Source of the DNA: an uncultured Bacilli bacterium
GTDB lineage: Bacteria; Bacillota_I; Bacilli_A; RF39; UBA660
Direction of reading: 5' to 3'
Assembly: GCA_944363635.1 (NCBI GenBank)
Contig: CALVUP010000007.1
Coordinates: 1,666 to 65,665 of the forward strand
Length of the DNA: 64,000 nt
In this document: positions 1-11,540 of the stretch, one piece after another
How positions within the stretch are numbered: the first letter of the stretch is position 1
Layout: the number at the start of each line of letters is the position of its first letter
Program-made: the position numbers and the translations under genes
Notes under the pieces: model-generated
Seen by the model: only the letters and a program-made list of their open reading frames with translations
Told to the model about the DNA's origin: nothing
The model's database searches: none

Positions 1-207
1 GCGGTAGATGTATATCATGGGATATCGCCTATTTATAATCAACTTGTTTTAAGTGGGGGATCCTCTTATAAAGCATGTATGTTTGTTATAGGACTTCACC
101 CAAGAGGAGAAGAATTTTCTGATTATCGAAATCAAGTCATATTAGAACAATGTAAAGTTACAAACAAGGTAAAAAGCAAGATCGATGATCAAAAGAAGAG
201 ATTATAA
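1..207 (+). CDS. 3' end of an upstream gene (hypothetical protein, C-terminal 68 codons)
   Basis: Open frame runs from the window edge to TAA at 205-207 and is followed by a hairpin terminator. No recognisable motif. Confidence 0.35.
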   Translation, partial: AVDVYHGISPIYNQLVLSGGSSYKACMFVIGLHPRGEEFSDYRNQVILEQCKVTNKVKSKIDDQKKRL

Positions 208-223
208 TCCATAAATCGTATGC

Positions 224-252
224 GTTCTATATATAAATATAGAACTTTTTTT
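224..252 (+). terminator. Rho-independent terminator
   Basis: gttctatat / atatagaac stem followed by ttttttt. Confidence 0.6.
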
Positions 253-279
253 GTAATATTTTATCTCTTATGTTAAAAT
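251..279 (+). promoter_or_regulatory. putative sigmaA promoter for tgt
   Basis: ttgtaa - 17 nt - taaaat. Confidence 0.4.
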
Positions 280-292
280 AGCTATGTTATGA

Positions 293-1766
<1,474 letters not shown>

Positions 1767-1774
1767 GAGTGTTT

Positions 1775-2392
1775 ATGGAAAAAATAAATTATCAATTAAA
1801 AATGGAAGAAGAGTTAAAAAGTTTAAATGAAAAAAAGACGCTTTTATTACATAGTTGTTGTGCGCCTTGTAGTAGTCATGTTCTTTCCCTTCTAACAGAT
1901 TATTTTGATATTACAATTCTTTATTACAATCCAAATATTGAGCCTTATGAAGAATATCAAAAACGAAAAGAAGAAGAAATACGTTTTATCAAAGAATTTC
2001 CCCATAAAAATAAGATTACCATTTTAGATTGTGATTATGATAATTCAATCTATCATGAACAAGTAAAGGGATTAGAAGAAGAAAGAGAAAGAGGAAAAAG
2101 ATGTACGGTATGCTTTCGTTTAAGATTAGAAAAAACAGCCAAACTTGCTAAAGAAAATCATTATGATTATTTTGGCACGACTTTAACTGTGAGTCCTTAT
2201 AAGGATGCAAATTTGTTAAATAGGATTGGAAAAGAATTTGAAGAAAAATATCAAATTAAATATTTATATTCAGATTTCAAAAAGAAAGATGGTTATAAAC
2301 ATAGTATTGAATTATCCAATCAATATCATTTATACAGACAAAACTATTGTGGGTGTATCTATTCTAAAAGAGAAGGTACTATTACAAAATAA
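1775..2392 (+). CDS. queH: epoxyqueuosine reductase QueH (DUF208)
   Basis: HSCCAPCSS Fe-S motif and CGC near the C-terminus. Adjacent to tgt. The ATG at 1775 follows AGGAGT; the track's 1769 start is a GTG. Confidence 0.85.
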   Translation: MEKINYQLKMEEELKSLNEKKTLLLHSCCAPCSSHVLSLLTDYFDITILYYNPNIEPYEEYQKRKEEEIRFIKEFPHKNKITILDCDYDNSIYHEQVKGLEEERERGKRCTVCFRLRLEKTAKLAKENHYDYFGTTLTVSPYKDANLLNRIGKEFEEKYQIKYLYSDFKKKDGYKHSIELSNQYHLYRQNYCGCIYSKREGTITK

Positions 2393-2425
2393 AAGAGCAA
2401 AGGGCCCGTTGGCCTCTTTTTATTG
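2392..2425 (+). terminator. Rho-independent terminator after queH
   Basis: aaagag..gggcc cgtt ggcc..ctcttttt imperfect hairpin plus T-tract. Confidence 0.5.
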
Positions 2426-2451
2426 CCTTTTTTTTAATTTTGTGGTATAAT
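2423..2451 (+). promoter_or_regulatory. sigmaA promoter of the three-kinase operon
   Basis: ttgcct - 17 nt - tataat with an upstream TGg (extended -10). Confidence 0.6.
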
Positions 2452-2475
2452 ATAGCCGTTTTATAGGAGTTAGGC

Positions 2476-3084
2476 ATGGATAAAATTTATTTTAATAAGG
2501 AAAATATAGAAGCATTAGAGGAATTTGATTCTGGTGGTTATGCGGTTATAAGAAAATATGGTAACGATGCCCTTAAGATTTATAAATCCTCTGAATTTAT
2601 AAATAAAAGAATAACGAATATTCAACGGATTGCTTCTTGTCAAAAAAAACTGGAACGATTGGATGTGATTGTTCCAAAAAAGGAAGTTTATGTGGATGGT
2701 AAATTACAAGGCTATGCAATGAATTTTATCAACGGATTTTCTTTATATGATCTGTATGATTTTAAGCAGTACCATGTAAGTCGATTTACACTAAGTTGTA
2801 AGGTTTTTAAGCTAAAGAGAAATATAGATCGATTATCTGCTTTAGGTTTTTGTATACATGATGATCTTTATTTACGAAATCTCATGTGGGATCATGATCA
2901 GAAACGATTTGTCCTTATCGATATAGATTTTTGGAAACAAACCCATCCACGTAGCTTTCAAGAAAAACTAGAATTGAAAAGAGAAAATTTTTCTGCATTT
3001 AATAAAAATATTAAAACAGATTTATATGAGGGGAATCAGTATGCACAAGCAAGACATCTATTTAAATCAAGAACAACTAAATAA
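2476..3084 (+). CDS. minimal protein-kinase-like fold protein (paralog 1)
   Basis: 202 aa. Gly-rich loop FDSGGYAVIR, Lys in ALKIYK, catalytic loop HDDLYLRN, metal site IDIDFW. Confidence 0.65.
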   Translation: MDKIYFNKENIEALEEFDSGGYAVIRKYGNDALKIYKSSEFINKRITNIQRIASCQKKLERLDVIVPKKEVYVDGKLQGYAMNFINGFSLYDLYDFKQYHVSRFTLSCKVFKLKRNIDRLSALGFCIHDDLYLRNLMWDHDQKRFVLIDIDFWKQTHPRSFQEKLELKRENFSAFNKNIKTDLYEGNQYAQARHLFKSRTTK

Positions 3085-3730
3085 ATTACCTTTTCTTGGA
3101 ATGGGTAAGGATGCTATTGTTTTACAAAAGAACTCTCATTGTGCTCTTAAGATATATCATAAAGCTAAAAAAGTACATAAAAACTCTATAGGTGAAAATG
3201 AAGGTTTAGATAATTTTGGAGTAGTTTTACCAAAAAAGGATGTATATGTGGATGATGTTTTAAAAGGATATTCCATGCCATTTATAAGTGGTTTTAATTT
3301 AAAAGAGTTAGCGATTTATGCTCCTATTACTTGTAAACCCATATTTCAAAGAGCATATCAAAAAGCCCTAAAAGATATTCATCAAATATCTTCTAGAGGA
3401 ATTGTTATGGATGATTTATTGGAAGATAATATTATGTTTGATGAAAATAGAAAAACTTTTAAGTTTATTGATATAGACCAATGGGATTATTCTCATAATT
3501 ATTTTACAGTTTGGATTTGTACAGAGGAAGATGCATATTCTACTCTTGTAACTAAAAAGCAATTGTTCAAAGAAAACGATTCTAGTTTTTTCTTTGATAT
3601 GAATGGGAATCTATATAATTATAGGGTGATTCAATCCTATAAACCATTGCAAGATAAGAAACAAGTTGAAAAGATCAATCAATTGAAATTTTTTGAAGCA
3701 ACACAAAGGATTAAATCAAGTTTAAGATAA
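3041..3730 (+). CDS. minimal protein-kinase-like fold protein (paralog 2)
   Basis: LGMGKDAIVL, ALKIYHK, MDDLLEDN, IDIDQWD. GAGGGGA RBS precedes the ATG at 3041. Overlaps paralog 1 by about 44 nt, suggesting translational coupling. Confidence 0.6.
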   Translation: MHKQDIYLNQEQLNKLPFLGMGKDAIVLQKNSHCALKIYHKAKKVHKNSIGENEGLDNFGVVLPKKDVYVDDVLKGYSMPFISGFNLKELAIYAPITCKPIFQRAYQKALKDIHQISSRGIVMDDLLEDNIMFDENRKTFKFIDIDQWDYSHNYFTVWICTEEDAYSTLVTKKQLFKENDSSFFFDMNGNLYNYRVIQSYKPLQDKKQVEKINQLKFFEATQRIKSSLR

Positions 3731-3753
3731 TTTATAAGTAAGAAGGTGAAAAA

Positions 3754-4302
3754 ATGAACACAATTTGTTATTCTAGTGATCAAATACAACATTTAGAAAA
3801 ATTAGGCAAAGGGGATCGAAGTGTTGTTTATAAAGATCCAAATCGAAACAAAGCCTTAAAAATTTATAAAAAGAATAGTTTATGTTTTTTAGATGATGCT
3901 TTACGATTTGTCAAAAGGAAACAATTAGAGGAATATGATGTAATTATCCCTCAAGGAATTGTTTGTGTTGATGGTGTAAATAAAGGCTACTATAGTGAAA
4001 TTGTTAATGGCTATACAATTCAATATTTAGAAAGTCATACTGCTCTTCCAATTCGTGTTTCAGATTTTGAAAAAGCCTATGAACGAGTTCATAATAATAC
4101 TGTTGGTATTTCACAACTTGGTTATCAATTATGGGATTTACATGAAATGAATTTAATGTATGATATAGATAAAAAAAGAATTATGTTTATAGATGTAGAT
4201 GCGTGGCATAAAAAAAGGAAAAGTCGTAAACTAGAAAATAGGAATTTGTTTGAATTAGAGGCTAGTATTGATTTAGTGAAAATTAAAAAACATTTAATGT
4301 AA
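3754..4302 (+). CDS. minimal protein-kinase-like fold protein (paralog 3)
   Basis: LGKGDRSVVY, ALKIYKK, WDLHEMN, IDVDAWH; AAGGTGA RBS. Confidence 0.65.
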   Translation: MNTICYSSDQIQHLEKLGKGDRSVVYKDPNRNKALKIYKKNSLCFLDDALRFVKRKQLEEYDVIIPQGIVCVDGVNKGYYSEIVNGYTIQYLESHTALPIRVSDFEKAYERVHNNTVGISQLGYQLWDLHEMNLMYDIDKKRIMFIDVDAWHKKRKSRKLENRNLFELEASIDLVKIKKHLM

Positions 4303-4310
4303 AAGTAAAA

Positions 4311-4342
4311 AGAATAAAAGTGGATTTTATTCTTTTCTTTTG
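4311..4342 (+). terminator. Rho-independent terminator after the kinase operon
   Basis: agaataaaa gtgg attttattct followed by tttcttttg. Confidence 0.55.
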
Positions 4343-4364
4343 CTATAATAATTATGGTGATACT

Positions 4365-4862
4365 ATGAAGAATAAAGGATTTACGATGGTTGAATTATTA
4401 GCAACCTTAGTTGTACTTAGTATTATTATGTTAATTGCTGTTCCTAGAGTAACAACGATATTAAGTCAAAACAAAAAACAAACGTTTATCAATGATGCAA
4501 AAAAGTTTATTTCTTTAGCGGAGCAAGAAGCAAGAAGAAGTAGTTATCAGTATGAATGTTATACTTTGAATAATGCGAGTAATCATGGTGCTTGTTATAA
4601 TATAGCAACAACAGACATAGAAACGTCTCCTTACGACGAAAAGTATTTAGAGTCTTCTCGTGTGTTACAATGTTCTGTTGGGGGTATTTATTATTATAAG
4701 GTGTATTTAACGGATGGAAAAATGAGTATTGAAGGGGCTTCTAAAGTAGCTAGTAAAGATAAAGCTTTGGTTGGTGAATTTACAGACATTAATGAAAACA
4801 GTGATAAAAAATATGATTTGGTAACTGAGTATAATTCTAATTATACGGTTACATGTAATTAG
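4365..4862 (+). CDS. prepilin-type N-terminal cleavage/methylation protein (ComGC/pseudopilin-like)
   Basis: MKNKG|FTMVELLATLVVLSIIMLIAVP class III signal with E at +5. C-terminal Cys pair. The track's 4320 start includes non-coding leader. Confidence 0.8.
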   Translation: MKNKGFTMVELLATLVVLSIIMLIAVPRVTTILSQNKKQTFINDAKKFISLAEQEARRSSYQYECYTLNNASNHGACYNIATTDIETSPYDEKYLESSRVLQCSVGGIYYYKVYLTDGKMSIEGASKVASKDKALVGEFTDINENSDKKYDLVTEYNSNYTVTCN

Positions 4863-4872
4863 AGGTGGTTTT

Positions 4873-5433
4873 GTGACAAAAAAAGGATTTACTTTAATAG
4901 AGTTATTAGCGGTTGTTGCTGTGCTTGGTCTTATTGCTTTAATTGCAGTTCCTAGTACAATGAATGTACTGGATAAAAATAAAAAAGAAGCTTTTATCAA
5001 TGATGCTAAAAAAATTATGCGTAGAGTTGAAGTAGAAGATCAAAAAAATGATTATCAAAATAAAATGTTTGTTGTGAATAATAAAAAACCGTCTGGGACT
5101 GTAACAACTCCAAATTATTACAATTATATTACTATGGATGATATCACAGTTTCTTCTTATGATAATGATTATAAATATCTTGTTGTTTATGCCTGTATGG
5201 CACCAGAAGAATATAATTCGATTCGCTATTATCGTATTTATTTAAATGATGGAGAATATCATTTAAGAGCTGTTAAAGGACTTCCTTCAAATCTTTTAAA
5301 TAATGATGTTTTAATGTATAATGTGGGAAACGAACCGTTTGATTTAAGTGATAGTAGTGTTAATCGTTATAAAATGGTGGAACAAGTTGGCGGTAATATC
5401 AATACTTATATGAGTTGTTATCGTTTTCGTTAA
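4873..5433 (+). CDS. prepilin-type pilin-like protein
   Basis: GTG start after GAGGTGG; MTKKG|FTLIELLAVVAVLGLIALIAVP. Confidence 0.8.
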   Translation: MTKKGFTLIELLAVVAVLGLIALIAVPSTMNVLDKNKKEAFINDAKKIMRRVEVEDQKNDYQNKMFVVNNKKPSGTVTTPNYYNYITMDDITVSSYDNDYKYLVVYACMAPEEYNSIRYYRIYLNDGEYHLRAVKGLPSNLLNNDVLMYNVGNEPFDLSDSSVNRYKMVEQVGGNINTYMSCYRFR

Positions 5434-5474
5434 TGTTAATTTATATAAATATAGAAAAATCCCAAATTAAATTA

Positions 5475-5503
5475 TTGACTTGTTTTTTTTGTTAGTATAT
5501 AAT
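5475..5503 (+). promoter_or_regulatory. sigmaA promoter for the third pilin gene
   Basis: ttgact - 17 nt - tataat. Confidence 0.55.
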
Positions 5504-5531
5504 TATTTTATAAGATAGGGAGGATAAAAAG

Positions 5532-6077
5532 ATGAAATTAAATAAAAAAGGTTTTACTTTGATCGAATTATTAGCGGTTATTGTTATTTTAGGTGTTATT
5601 ATGTTAATTGCAATACCAAGTGTATCTAAGATCATTGCAAGTTCAAGGGAAAATACTTTTAGATCAACGGCTCAAACTTTAATATCAGGAGCTAGAAATA
5701 TGGTTTTAGCTTCCGCAGATGGTAGACCATCTGGTGATGGATGGACACAAGTTGCAAAGACTACTACTGTGAACGGCCATTCACTAGATAATATGGATTA
5801 CATCATTAAAATAGAAAAGATTCCTGTAGAGAGTGGTTCTCATACAAAAAGTCCATTTGGCGTTGATTATAATCAAGAATACAGTTTTGTAATTGCTATT
5901 GCTGATGATGAAGGAAATTATGACTATTATATTCAAATGGTAGATGCAAATAAGAATCATTTGCTATTGACGCCTGAAGATGAGTTGGATATTACTAGTA
6001 TAAATGGTGAAGATGCTTATAATAGTACTAATCAGAATAACCTTACTACTTTTACAAACCTAACAACAGCTAGTTAA
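5532..6077 (+). CDS. prepilin-type pilin-like protein
   Basis: MKLNKKG|FTLIELLAVIVILGVIMLIAIP; GGGAGGA RBS. Confidence 0.8.
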   Translation: MKLNKKGFTLIELLAVIVILGVIMLIAIPSVSKIIASSRENTFRSTAQTLISGARNMVLASADGRPSGDGWTQVAKTTTVNGHSLDNMDYIIKIEKIPVESGSHTKSPFGVDYNQEYSFVIAIADDEGNYDYYIQMVDANKNHLLLTPEDELDITSINGEDAYNSTNQNNLTTFTNLTTAS

Positions 6078-6087
6078 TAGAAATAAT

Positions 6088-6116
6088 AAAAGCTTGGCGA
6101 CAAGCTTTTTTCTTTT
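6088..6116 (+). terminator. Rho-independent terminator
   Basis: aaagcttg gcga caagcttttttc. Confidence 0.65.
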
Positions 6117-6150
6117 GCTCAAATATGATACAATGGATTTGGTGATAAAT

Positions 6151-7017
6151 ATGTGGATTGGATCTCATGTCTCTTTTAATAAAAATACACAATTGTTAGG
6201 AAGTTTGGAGGAAGCTCTTAGTTATGGAGCAACTACCTTTATGTTTTATACAGGTGCTCCACAAAATACAATGCGTTATGCGATTGATAAGACACTTACA
6301 AAAAAAGCTAGAGAAATTATGGAAGAAAAGGGTATGGATATCACAAAAGTAATTGTTCATGCGCCTTATATTGTGAATCTTGCAAATCGCCTAGATGAAG
6401 AAAAGTTTCAATTTTCGGTTCGTTTTTTAAAAGAGGAAATTAAACGTTGTGAAGATTTAGGTATTTCTTATTTGGTTTTACATCCTGGTTCTCATGTTAA
6501 AGAGGGAGTTGATGTTGGAATCCAAAATATTATTTCGGGGTTAAATCTTATTCTTACTGATAGTAAAGTGACTATTCTTCTTGAGACTATGGCTGGTAAG
6601 GGTAGTGAATGTGGTTGTTCATTTGAACAGATTTCTCGTATTATTGATGGTGTAGAAAAGAAAGATAGAATTGGCGTTTGTTTGGATACTTGTCATTTAA
6701 ATGATGCGGGTTATGATATGAAGGATTTTAATCATGTACTCGATCTGTTTGATGAAAAAGTTGGTCTTTCTTATGTACATTGCATTCATATTAATGATAG
6801 TAAGAATCCTTTAGGATCCCATAAAGATAGGCATGAAAATATTGGTTATGGAACGATTGGATTTGATGCTTTGCTTGCGATTGTTTATAATGATCGCTTA
6901 AAAGATATTCCGAAGATCTTAGAAACACCTTATATTGATAAAAAAGCTCCTTACAAAGAGGAGATTGCTATGCTTTTAAATAAAAAATTTAATAATCATT
7001 TAAAACAAGGGAATTAA
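6151..7017 (+). CDS. nfo: endonuclease IV (AP endonuclease, TIM barrel)
   Basis: MWIGSHVSF N-terminus; HAPYIVNLA, LVLHPGSH and CLDTCHL metal-binding motifs. GGTGA RBS before the ATG at 6151. Confidence 0.85.
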   Translation: MWIGSHVSFNKNTQLLGSLEEALSYGATTFMFYTGAPQNTMRYAIDKTLTKKAREIMEEKGMDITKVIVHAPYIVNLANRLDEEKFQFSVRFLKEEIKRCEDLGISYLVLHPGSHVKEGVDVGIQNIISGLNLILTDSKVTILLETMAGKGSECGCSFEQISRIIDGVEKKDRIGVCLDTCHLNDAGYDMKDFNHVLDLFDEKVGLSYVHCIHINDSKNPLGSHKDRHENIGYGTIGFDALLAIVYNDRLKDIPKILETPYIDKKAPYKEEIAMLLNKKFNNHLKQGN

Positions 7018-7280
7018 TTTACAATTCCCTTGTTTTTATATTCTAAGTATACTTTTAATAATTTATTATAAGTAGAAGTATCTAATTGATCTTTTAATTT
7101 GTTCATAATGGGTATAGGATCGCCTTTATAAAAATCAATCCAATGTTTTTTAGCCGTTTCTAATACAATTTCAGCATCAATTTCACTAATTTTAATATTT
7201 TTTCCTTTACATAGTTCAATAATATCTTCTACTGTTAACTTATCAATATATTGTTTTATTATAAAATTCAAATTGATCAC
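7014..7280 (-). CDS. hypothetical small protein
   Basis: 88-aa ORF convergent with nfo; no motif recognised. Confidence 0.45.
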   Translation of the reverse strand: MINLNFIIKQYIDKLTVEDIIELCKGKNIKISEIDAEIVLETAKKHWIDFYKGDPIPIMNKLKDQLDTSTYNKLLKVYLEYKNKGIVN

Positions 7281-7339
7281 CTATTTTATTTTATTAAATA
7301 ATTGTAAAAAAATGATACAAAATAATAATGGTGATTTAT

Positions 7340-9373
7340 ATGAGTAGACTTTTAACCAAAAAGAAAGTAGAATTTCAGTTTGTTCTTGTTGCTTTTATTA
7401 TGGTTTTTTTGTTTGTATTTATTCTTTATAAAATATTTAGTATGACGGTATTAAAAAGTGAATCTTATCATGCTTTGTTGGAATCACTTACAAATGTTTA
7501 TATGAATACAACTTCTTCTCCAAGAGGAAGAATTTATGATCGGAATTATAAGTTGTTGGTAGATAATAAAGCGGTGAATACGATTTATTATAAAAGAATG
7601 AAAAATACTTCTATTATGGATGAAGTTGAAGTAGCTTATCGATTAAGTGCGGTTATTGATTTGGAATATGAGAAAATTTCTGAAAGGAATTTAAAGGAAT
7701 TTTATTATTTGATTCATAAGGAAGAAGTAGATCAAAAGGTTACTTTAAAGGAAGAGGAAAAGGTAAAAACGAGGGAGCTTACCACGGATGATTTATACAA
7801 TTTAAAAATAGCTCGTATTACGGAGGAAGAGTTAAATGCGATGAGTCAGGAAGATAAGAAAAGTGCTTATCTGTATTATTTGATGAATAAGGGATATTCT
7901 TACGATAATAAAGTGATTAAAAGCCATGTCAGTGATAAAGAATATGCTTATCTTGCGGAGCATAATGATTTGTTTCCTGGTTTTTATGTAGATATTTCAT
8001 GGGAAAGAGAGTATTTATATGGAGATGTTTTTAAAACGATGCTTGGAAGTGTAGGAGAAATTCCAAAAGAAGAGAAAGATTTGTATTTAAAAGCAGGATA
8101 TGATTTATCGGATGTTGTTGGGCTTTCTTATATTGAACAGGAATATGAAGAGTATTTAAAAGGAGAAAAAGCGAAGTATAAAATTTTATCGGATGGTACT
8201 TTAAAACTCGTTGAAGAAGGGAAAAGAGGGAATGATCTTGTTTTAAATATTGATATTGAACTGCAAAAAAAAGTAGAAGAGATTTTGGATGAAGAGATTA
8301 TTAAAACTAAAAGTCAGATGAACACTAAATATTATGATAAGAGTTTTGTGGTTGTAGAGGATCCAAGCAATGGAGAAGTACTGGCTATGGCTGGACGTAA
8401 AGCGATTAAAGAAAATGGGGAATATAAGACTATTGATTTTACTTCGGGGATTTTAACTAATCCTATGACTGTAGGATCTGTAGTCAAAGGAGCTTCTATA
8501 TTGGTGGGTTATAATCAAAAAGCAATTGATATTGGGGACTTTTTTTATGATTCTTGTATTAAGGTGAAAGCAACGACTCAAAAGTGCAGTTGGAAAAACT
8601 TAGGTAGAATTAATGATATTGAAGCTTTAGCTATGTCTTCAAATGTGTATCAGTTTAAAACAGCAATGAAAGTAGCAGGATATAATTATTCTTATAATAT
8701 GGCTTTTCAGGTTGATCAAAGTGTGTTTGATCTATATCGTAACATGTATCATTCTTTTGGCCTTGGTGTAAAGACCGGGATTGATCTTCCATTAGAGTCT
8801 TTAGGCTATTCGGGACTTGATAATCAATCGGGATTATTACTTGATTTTGTCATGGGGCAATATGAAACGTATACACCTATTCAGCTATCGCAGTATATTT
8901 CGACTCTTGCGAATAAAGGCACAAGGTATGCACCAAGACTTTTAAAAGAAGTTCATAAATCAACCAATAGTAGTCAGTTATCCGATCTTTTGTATAAAAG
9001 CGAAAAAGAAGAATTGAATCAGGTATCAAGTGAAGAAAAATACATCAACCGTGTTCATGAGGGCTTTTATGCTGTTATGCATGCAAGTTATGGAATTGGG
9101 CATGATTATATTGATGAAAAGTATGATCCTGCAGGAAAAACAGGGACTTCCCAAAGCTTTTTAGATACAAATTTAGATGGCATTATTGATACAGAAACGA
9201 TTTCTACAGCTTTTATTGGTTTTGCGCCATTTGATGATCCTAAAATGACAATCACGGTGACTTCTCCGGATATTTCTTATGAAAAAAGTCGTTATGCGTA
9301 TACCGCAAATACAACAAAACGCATTTCTAAAAAAGTAAGTGATTTATATTTTTCTTTGTATCCGAATTCTTAA
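7340..9373 (+). CDS. class B penicillin-binding protein (transpeptidase)
   Basis: N-terminal TM segment; SVVK (SxxK), SSN and KTGT motifs in the correct order. Confidence 0.85.
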   Translation: MSRLLTKKKVEFQFVLVAFIMVFLFVFILYKIFSMTVLKSESYHALLESLTNVYMNTTSSPRGRIYDRNYKLLVDNKAVNTIYYKRMKNTSIMDEVEVAYRLSAVIDLEYEKISERNLKEFYYLIHKEEVDQKVTLKEEEKVKTRELTTDDLYNLKIARITEEELNAMSQEDKKSAYLYYLMNKGYSYDNKVIKSHVSDKEYAYLAEHNDLFPGFYVDISWEREYLYGDVFKTMLGSVGEIPKEEKDLYLKAGYDLSDVVGLSYIEQEYEEYLKGEKAKYKILSDGTLKLVEEGKRGNDLVLNIDIELQKKVEEILDEEIIKTKSQMNTKYYDKSFVVVEDPSNGEVLAMAGRKAIKENGEYKTIDFTSGILTNPMTVGSVVKGASILVGYNQKAIDIGDFFYDSCIKVKATTQKCSWKNLGRINDIEALAMSSNVYQFKTAMKVAGYNYSYNMAFQVDQSVFDLYRNMYHSFGLGVKTGIDLPLESLGYSGLDNQSGLLLDFVMGQYETYTPIQLSQYISTLANKGTRYAPRLLKEVHKSTNSSQLSDLLYKSEKEELNQVSSEEKYINRVHEGFYAVMHASYGIGHDYIDEKYDPAGKTGTSQSFLDTNLDGIIDTETISTAFIGFAPFDDPKMTITVTSPDISYEKSRYAYTANTTKRISKKVSDLYFSLYPNS

Positions 9374-9428
9374 TATTCTTAGATGACATTTCTTTGGTTT
9401 TATGATAGAATTTTATTAGGTGATGTAG

Positions 9429-9839
9429 ATGAAGAATAGAAGTGAAATTAGGGAAGCTGCAATGAAAGTTTTATATCAAATTTATATTCTTTCAGCCAGT
9501 CATTTGGAATATAATATAGATGCGTTAATTAAAGAGCAATTGGAAGTAGAAAATGATTTTTTAAACGATTTGGTTTATGGATGTATTAAATATGAAAAAG
9601 AAATTACAGATCTTGCGAATAAGTATTTAGAAAATTGGTCTTTGGAGCGCTTAAATAAAGTTGATCAAGCTATATTTCGTATAGGTATTTATGAACTTGT
9701 CTATACAAAGACACCTTGTGTTGTAGCGATTAATGAAGCTGTAGAACTTTCTAAAAAATATAGTGATGAGAAAGTAACAAAAATGTTAAATGGAGTTTTA
9801 GATCATATTTTTCATAATGAGGAATTTGATCATGAATAA
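9429..9839 (+). CDS. nusB: transcription antitermination factor NusB
   Basis: 136 aa; [10 protein letters not shown]-type N-terminus; nusB-xseA-xseB synteny. Confidence 0.8.
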   Translation: MKNRSEIREAAMKVLYQIYILSASHLEYNIDALIKEQLEVENDFLNDLVYGCIKYEKEITDLANKYLENWSLERLNKVDQAIFRIGIYELVYTKTPCVVAINEAVELSKKYSDEKVTKMLNGVLDHIFHNEEFDHE

Positions 9840-11166
9840 TTATATTACAGTAACCCAACTTACAAGATATATTAAATATCGAATCGATAACGATCGAAAT
9901 TTAAATCAGGTGTATTTAAAAGGGGAAATTTCAAATTTTAAAGCACATTCAAAAGGACACTTTTATTTTACAATAAAAGATGAAAATGCTAGAATTAATG
10001 CGATTATGTTTGCATCAAGTGCGAAAAAGGTTTTGTTTTTACCGACTGATGGTATGAAGATTTTAGTAAAGGGAAGAATTAGTGTTTTTGAAGCTAGTGG
10101 AAATTATCAAATCTATGTAGAAGAAATGTTAGAAGATGGACTTGGTAATTTACATATTGCTTTTGAACAATTAAAAGAAAAACTTTCTAAAGAAGGATTG
10201 TTTGATGAAGCACATAAAAAGAAAGTCCCTAAAATTCCAAGTCGGATTGGGGTTATTACTGCTCCTACTGGAGCAGCGATTAAAGATATTTTATCGACAA
10301 TTAAAAGACGTTTTCCTATTTGTGAAGTGATTTTATTTCCTTCTTTGGTACAAGGAGAAAACGCGAAAGAGGATCTTGTAAAAAATATCCGCCTTGCAGA
10401 TTCTTATGGACTGGATACCATCATTTTAGGACGCGGTGGTGGATCGATTGAGGATTTATGGGCTTTTAATGAAGAAGTCGTTGCACGTGCGATTTATGAA
10501 GCAAAAACACCTATTATTTCCGCTGTTGGACATGAAATTGATTTTACCATTAGTGATTTTGTTGCGGATTTACGTGCTGAAACGCCAACAGGAGCAGCAG
10601 AACGAGCAGTACCGAATTTAATTGATGTGATTAATTATATTAATCAACTTCATATTCGTATGAATCAAAGCATTCATAATTTATTAGAGTCTTACTCTTT
10701 ACGACTTAACAAAATAACGGAAAGTTATGCATTAAAAAATCCAATGCGTATTTATGAACTTAAAGAACAAAGATTAGATATGTCTATAGATAAACTAACA
10801 ACTTATATTACGCATTTGATTTTAATAAAAATGCAAAAGTTAAAAAATATTACCGATAAATTTATTTTATTAAACCCAATGCATGCTTGTGATTTAAAAA
10901 GTAAAGAAGTAAAAACCAATGTAGAAAGACTTAATCATTTTATGAAAAACTATCTCTATAAAAAAGAATCTATTTTAGATAAGATGATTTCTAAAATTGA
11001 ATTATTAAACCCAATGCAATCTTTAAAAAGAGGTTATGCAATTGTGAAAAAAGAAGATAAATGTATCAGTAATATTCATGATCTAAAAAAAGGAGATGTT
11101 TTGCATATTTTAATGCAGAATGGAACCGTTCAAACAAATGTAATTGAGGTGATGAAAGATGATTAA
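9832..11166 (+). CDS. xseA: exodeoxyribonuclease VII large subunit
   Basis: OB-fold N-terminus ([17 protein letters not shown]) and XseA core ([16 protein letters not shown]). ATG at 9832 follows a GAGGA RBS. Confidence 0.85.
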   Translation: MNNYITVTQLTRYIKYRIDNDRNLNQVYLKGEISNFKAHSKGHFYFTIKDENARINAIMFASSAKKVLFLPTDGMKILVKGRISVFEASGNYQIYVEEMLEDGLGNLHIAFEQLKEKLSKEGLFDEAHKKKVPKIPSRIGVITAPTGAAIKDILSTIKRRFPICEVILFPSLVQGENAKEDLVKNIRLADSYGLDTIILGRGGGSIEDLWAFNEEVVARAIYEAKTPIISAVGHEIDFTISDFVADLRAETPTGAAERAVPNLIDVINYINQLHIRMNQSIHNLLESYSLRLNKITESYALKNPMRIYELKEQRLDMSIDKLTTYITHLILIKMQKLKNITDKFILLNPMHACDLKSKEVKTNVERLNHFMKNYLYKKESILDKMISKIELLNPMQSLKRGYAIVKKEDKCISNIHDLKKGDVLHILMQNGTVQTNVIEVMKDD

Positions 11167-11309
11167 AACAACAAGAGAGGATTATTATGATTTAAATACA
11201 GATGGTTCTATGGATTTGGATAAAGTGAATCAGTTTTTAGAACAATTACAAAATAATTATCAGGAAGAAGAACAAGAAAAGGAAAAAAACAATGAGGAGG
11301 ATACAAAAG

Positions 11310-11531
11310 ATGGAAAATAAAGAATTAAAGTTTGAAGACAAATTGTTAAAACTAGAACAACTTGTTAGTGAGTTAGAAAGTGGAGATGTTGATTTAGATC
11401 AAGCCATCGAAAAATATAGCGAAGCGATGAAACTTGCGAAGGAATGTAGTGATACGCTGGATGCCAACAAAGAAAAAGTAAGCAAGATTTTGACTGAAAA
11501 TGGCTTAGAAGATTTTACGGTAGAATCATAG
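11310..11531 (+). CDS. xseB: exodeoxyribonuclease VII small subunit
   Basis: 73 aa. FEDKLLKLEQLVSELESGDVDLDQAIEKY matches the XseB helix pair. GGAGGA RBS. Confidence 0.8.
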   Translation: MENKELKFEDKLLKLEQLVSELESGDVDLDQAIEKYSEAMKLAKECSDTLDANKEKVSKILTENGLEDFTVES

Positions 11532-11540
11532 GAGGTAATT

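Noticed and set aside
11167-11319. Possible 36-codon ORF (MDLDKVNQFLEQLQNNYQEEEQEKEKNNEEDTKDGK) between xseA and xseB
   Set aside because: It has no Shine-Dalgarno sequence and overlaps the xseB start in another frame. It is more likely untranslated spacer with incidental ATGs.
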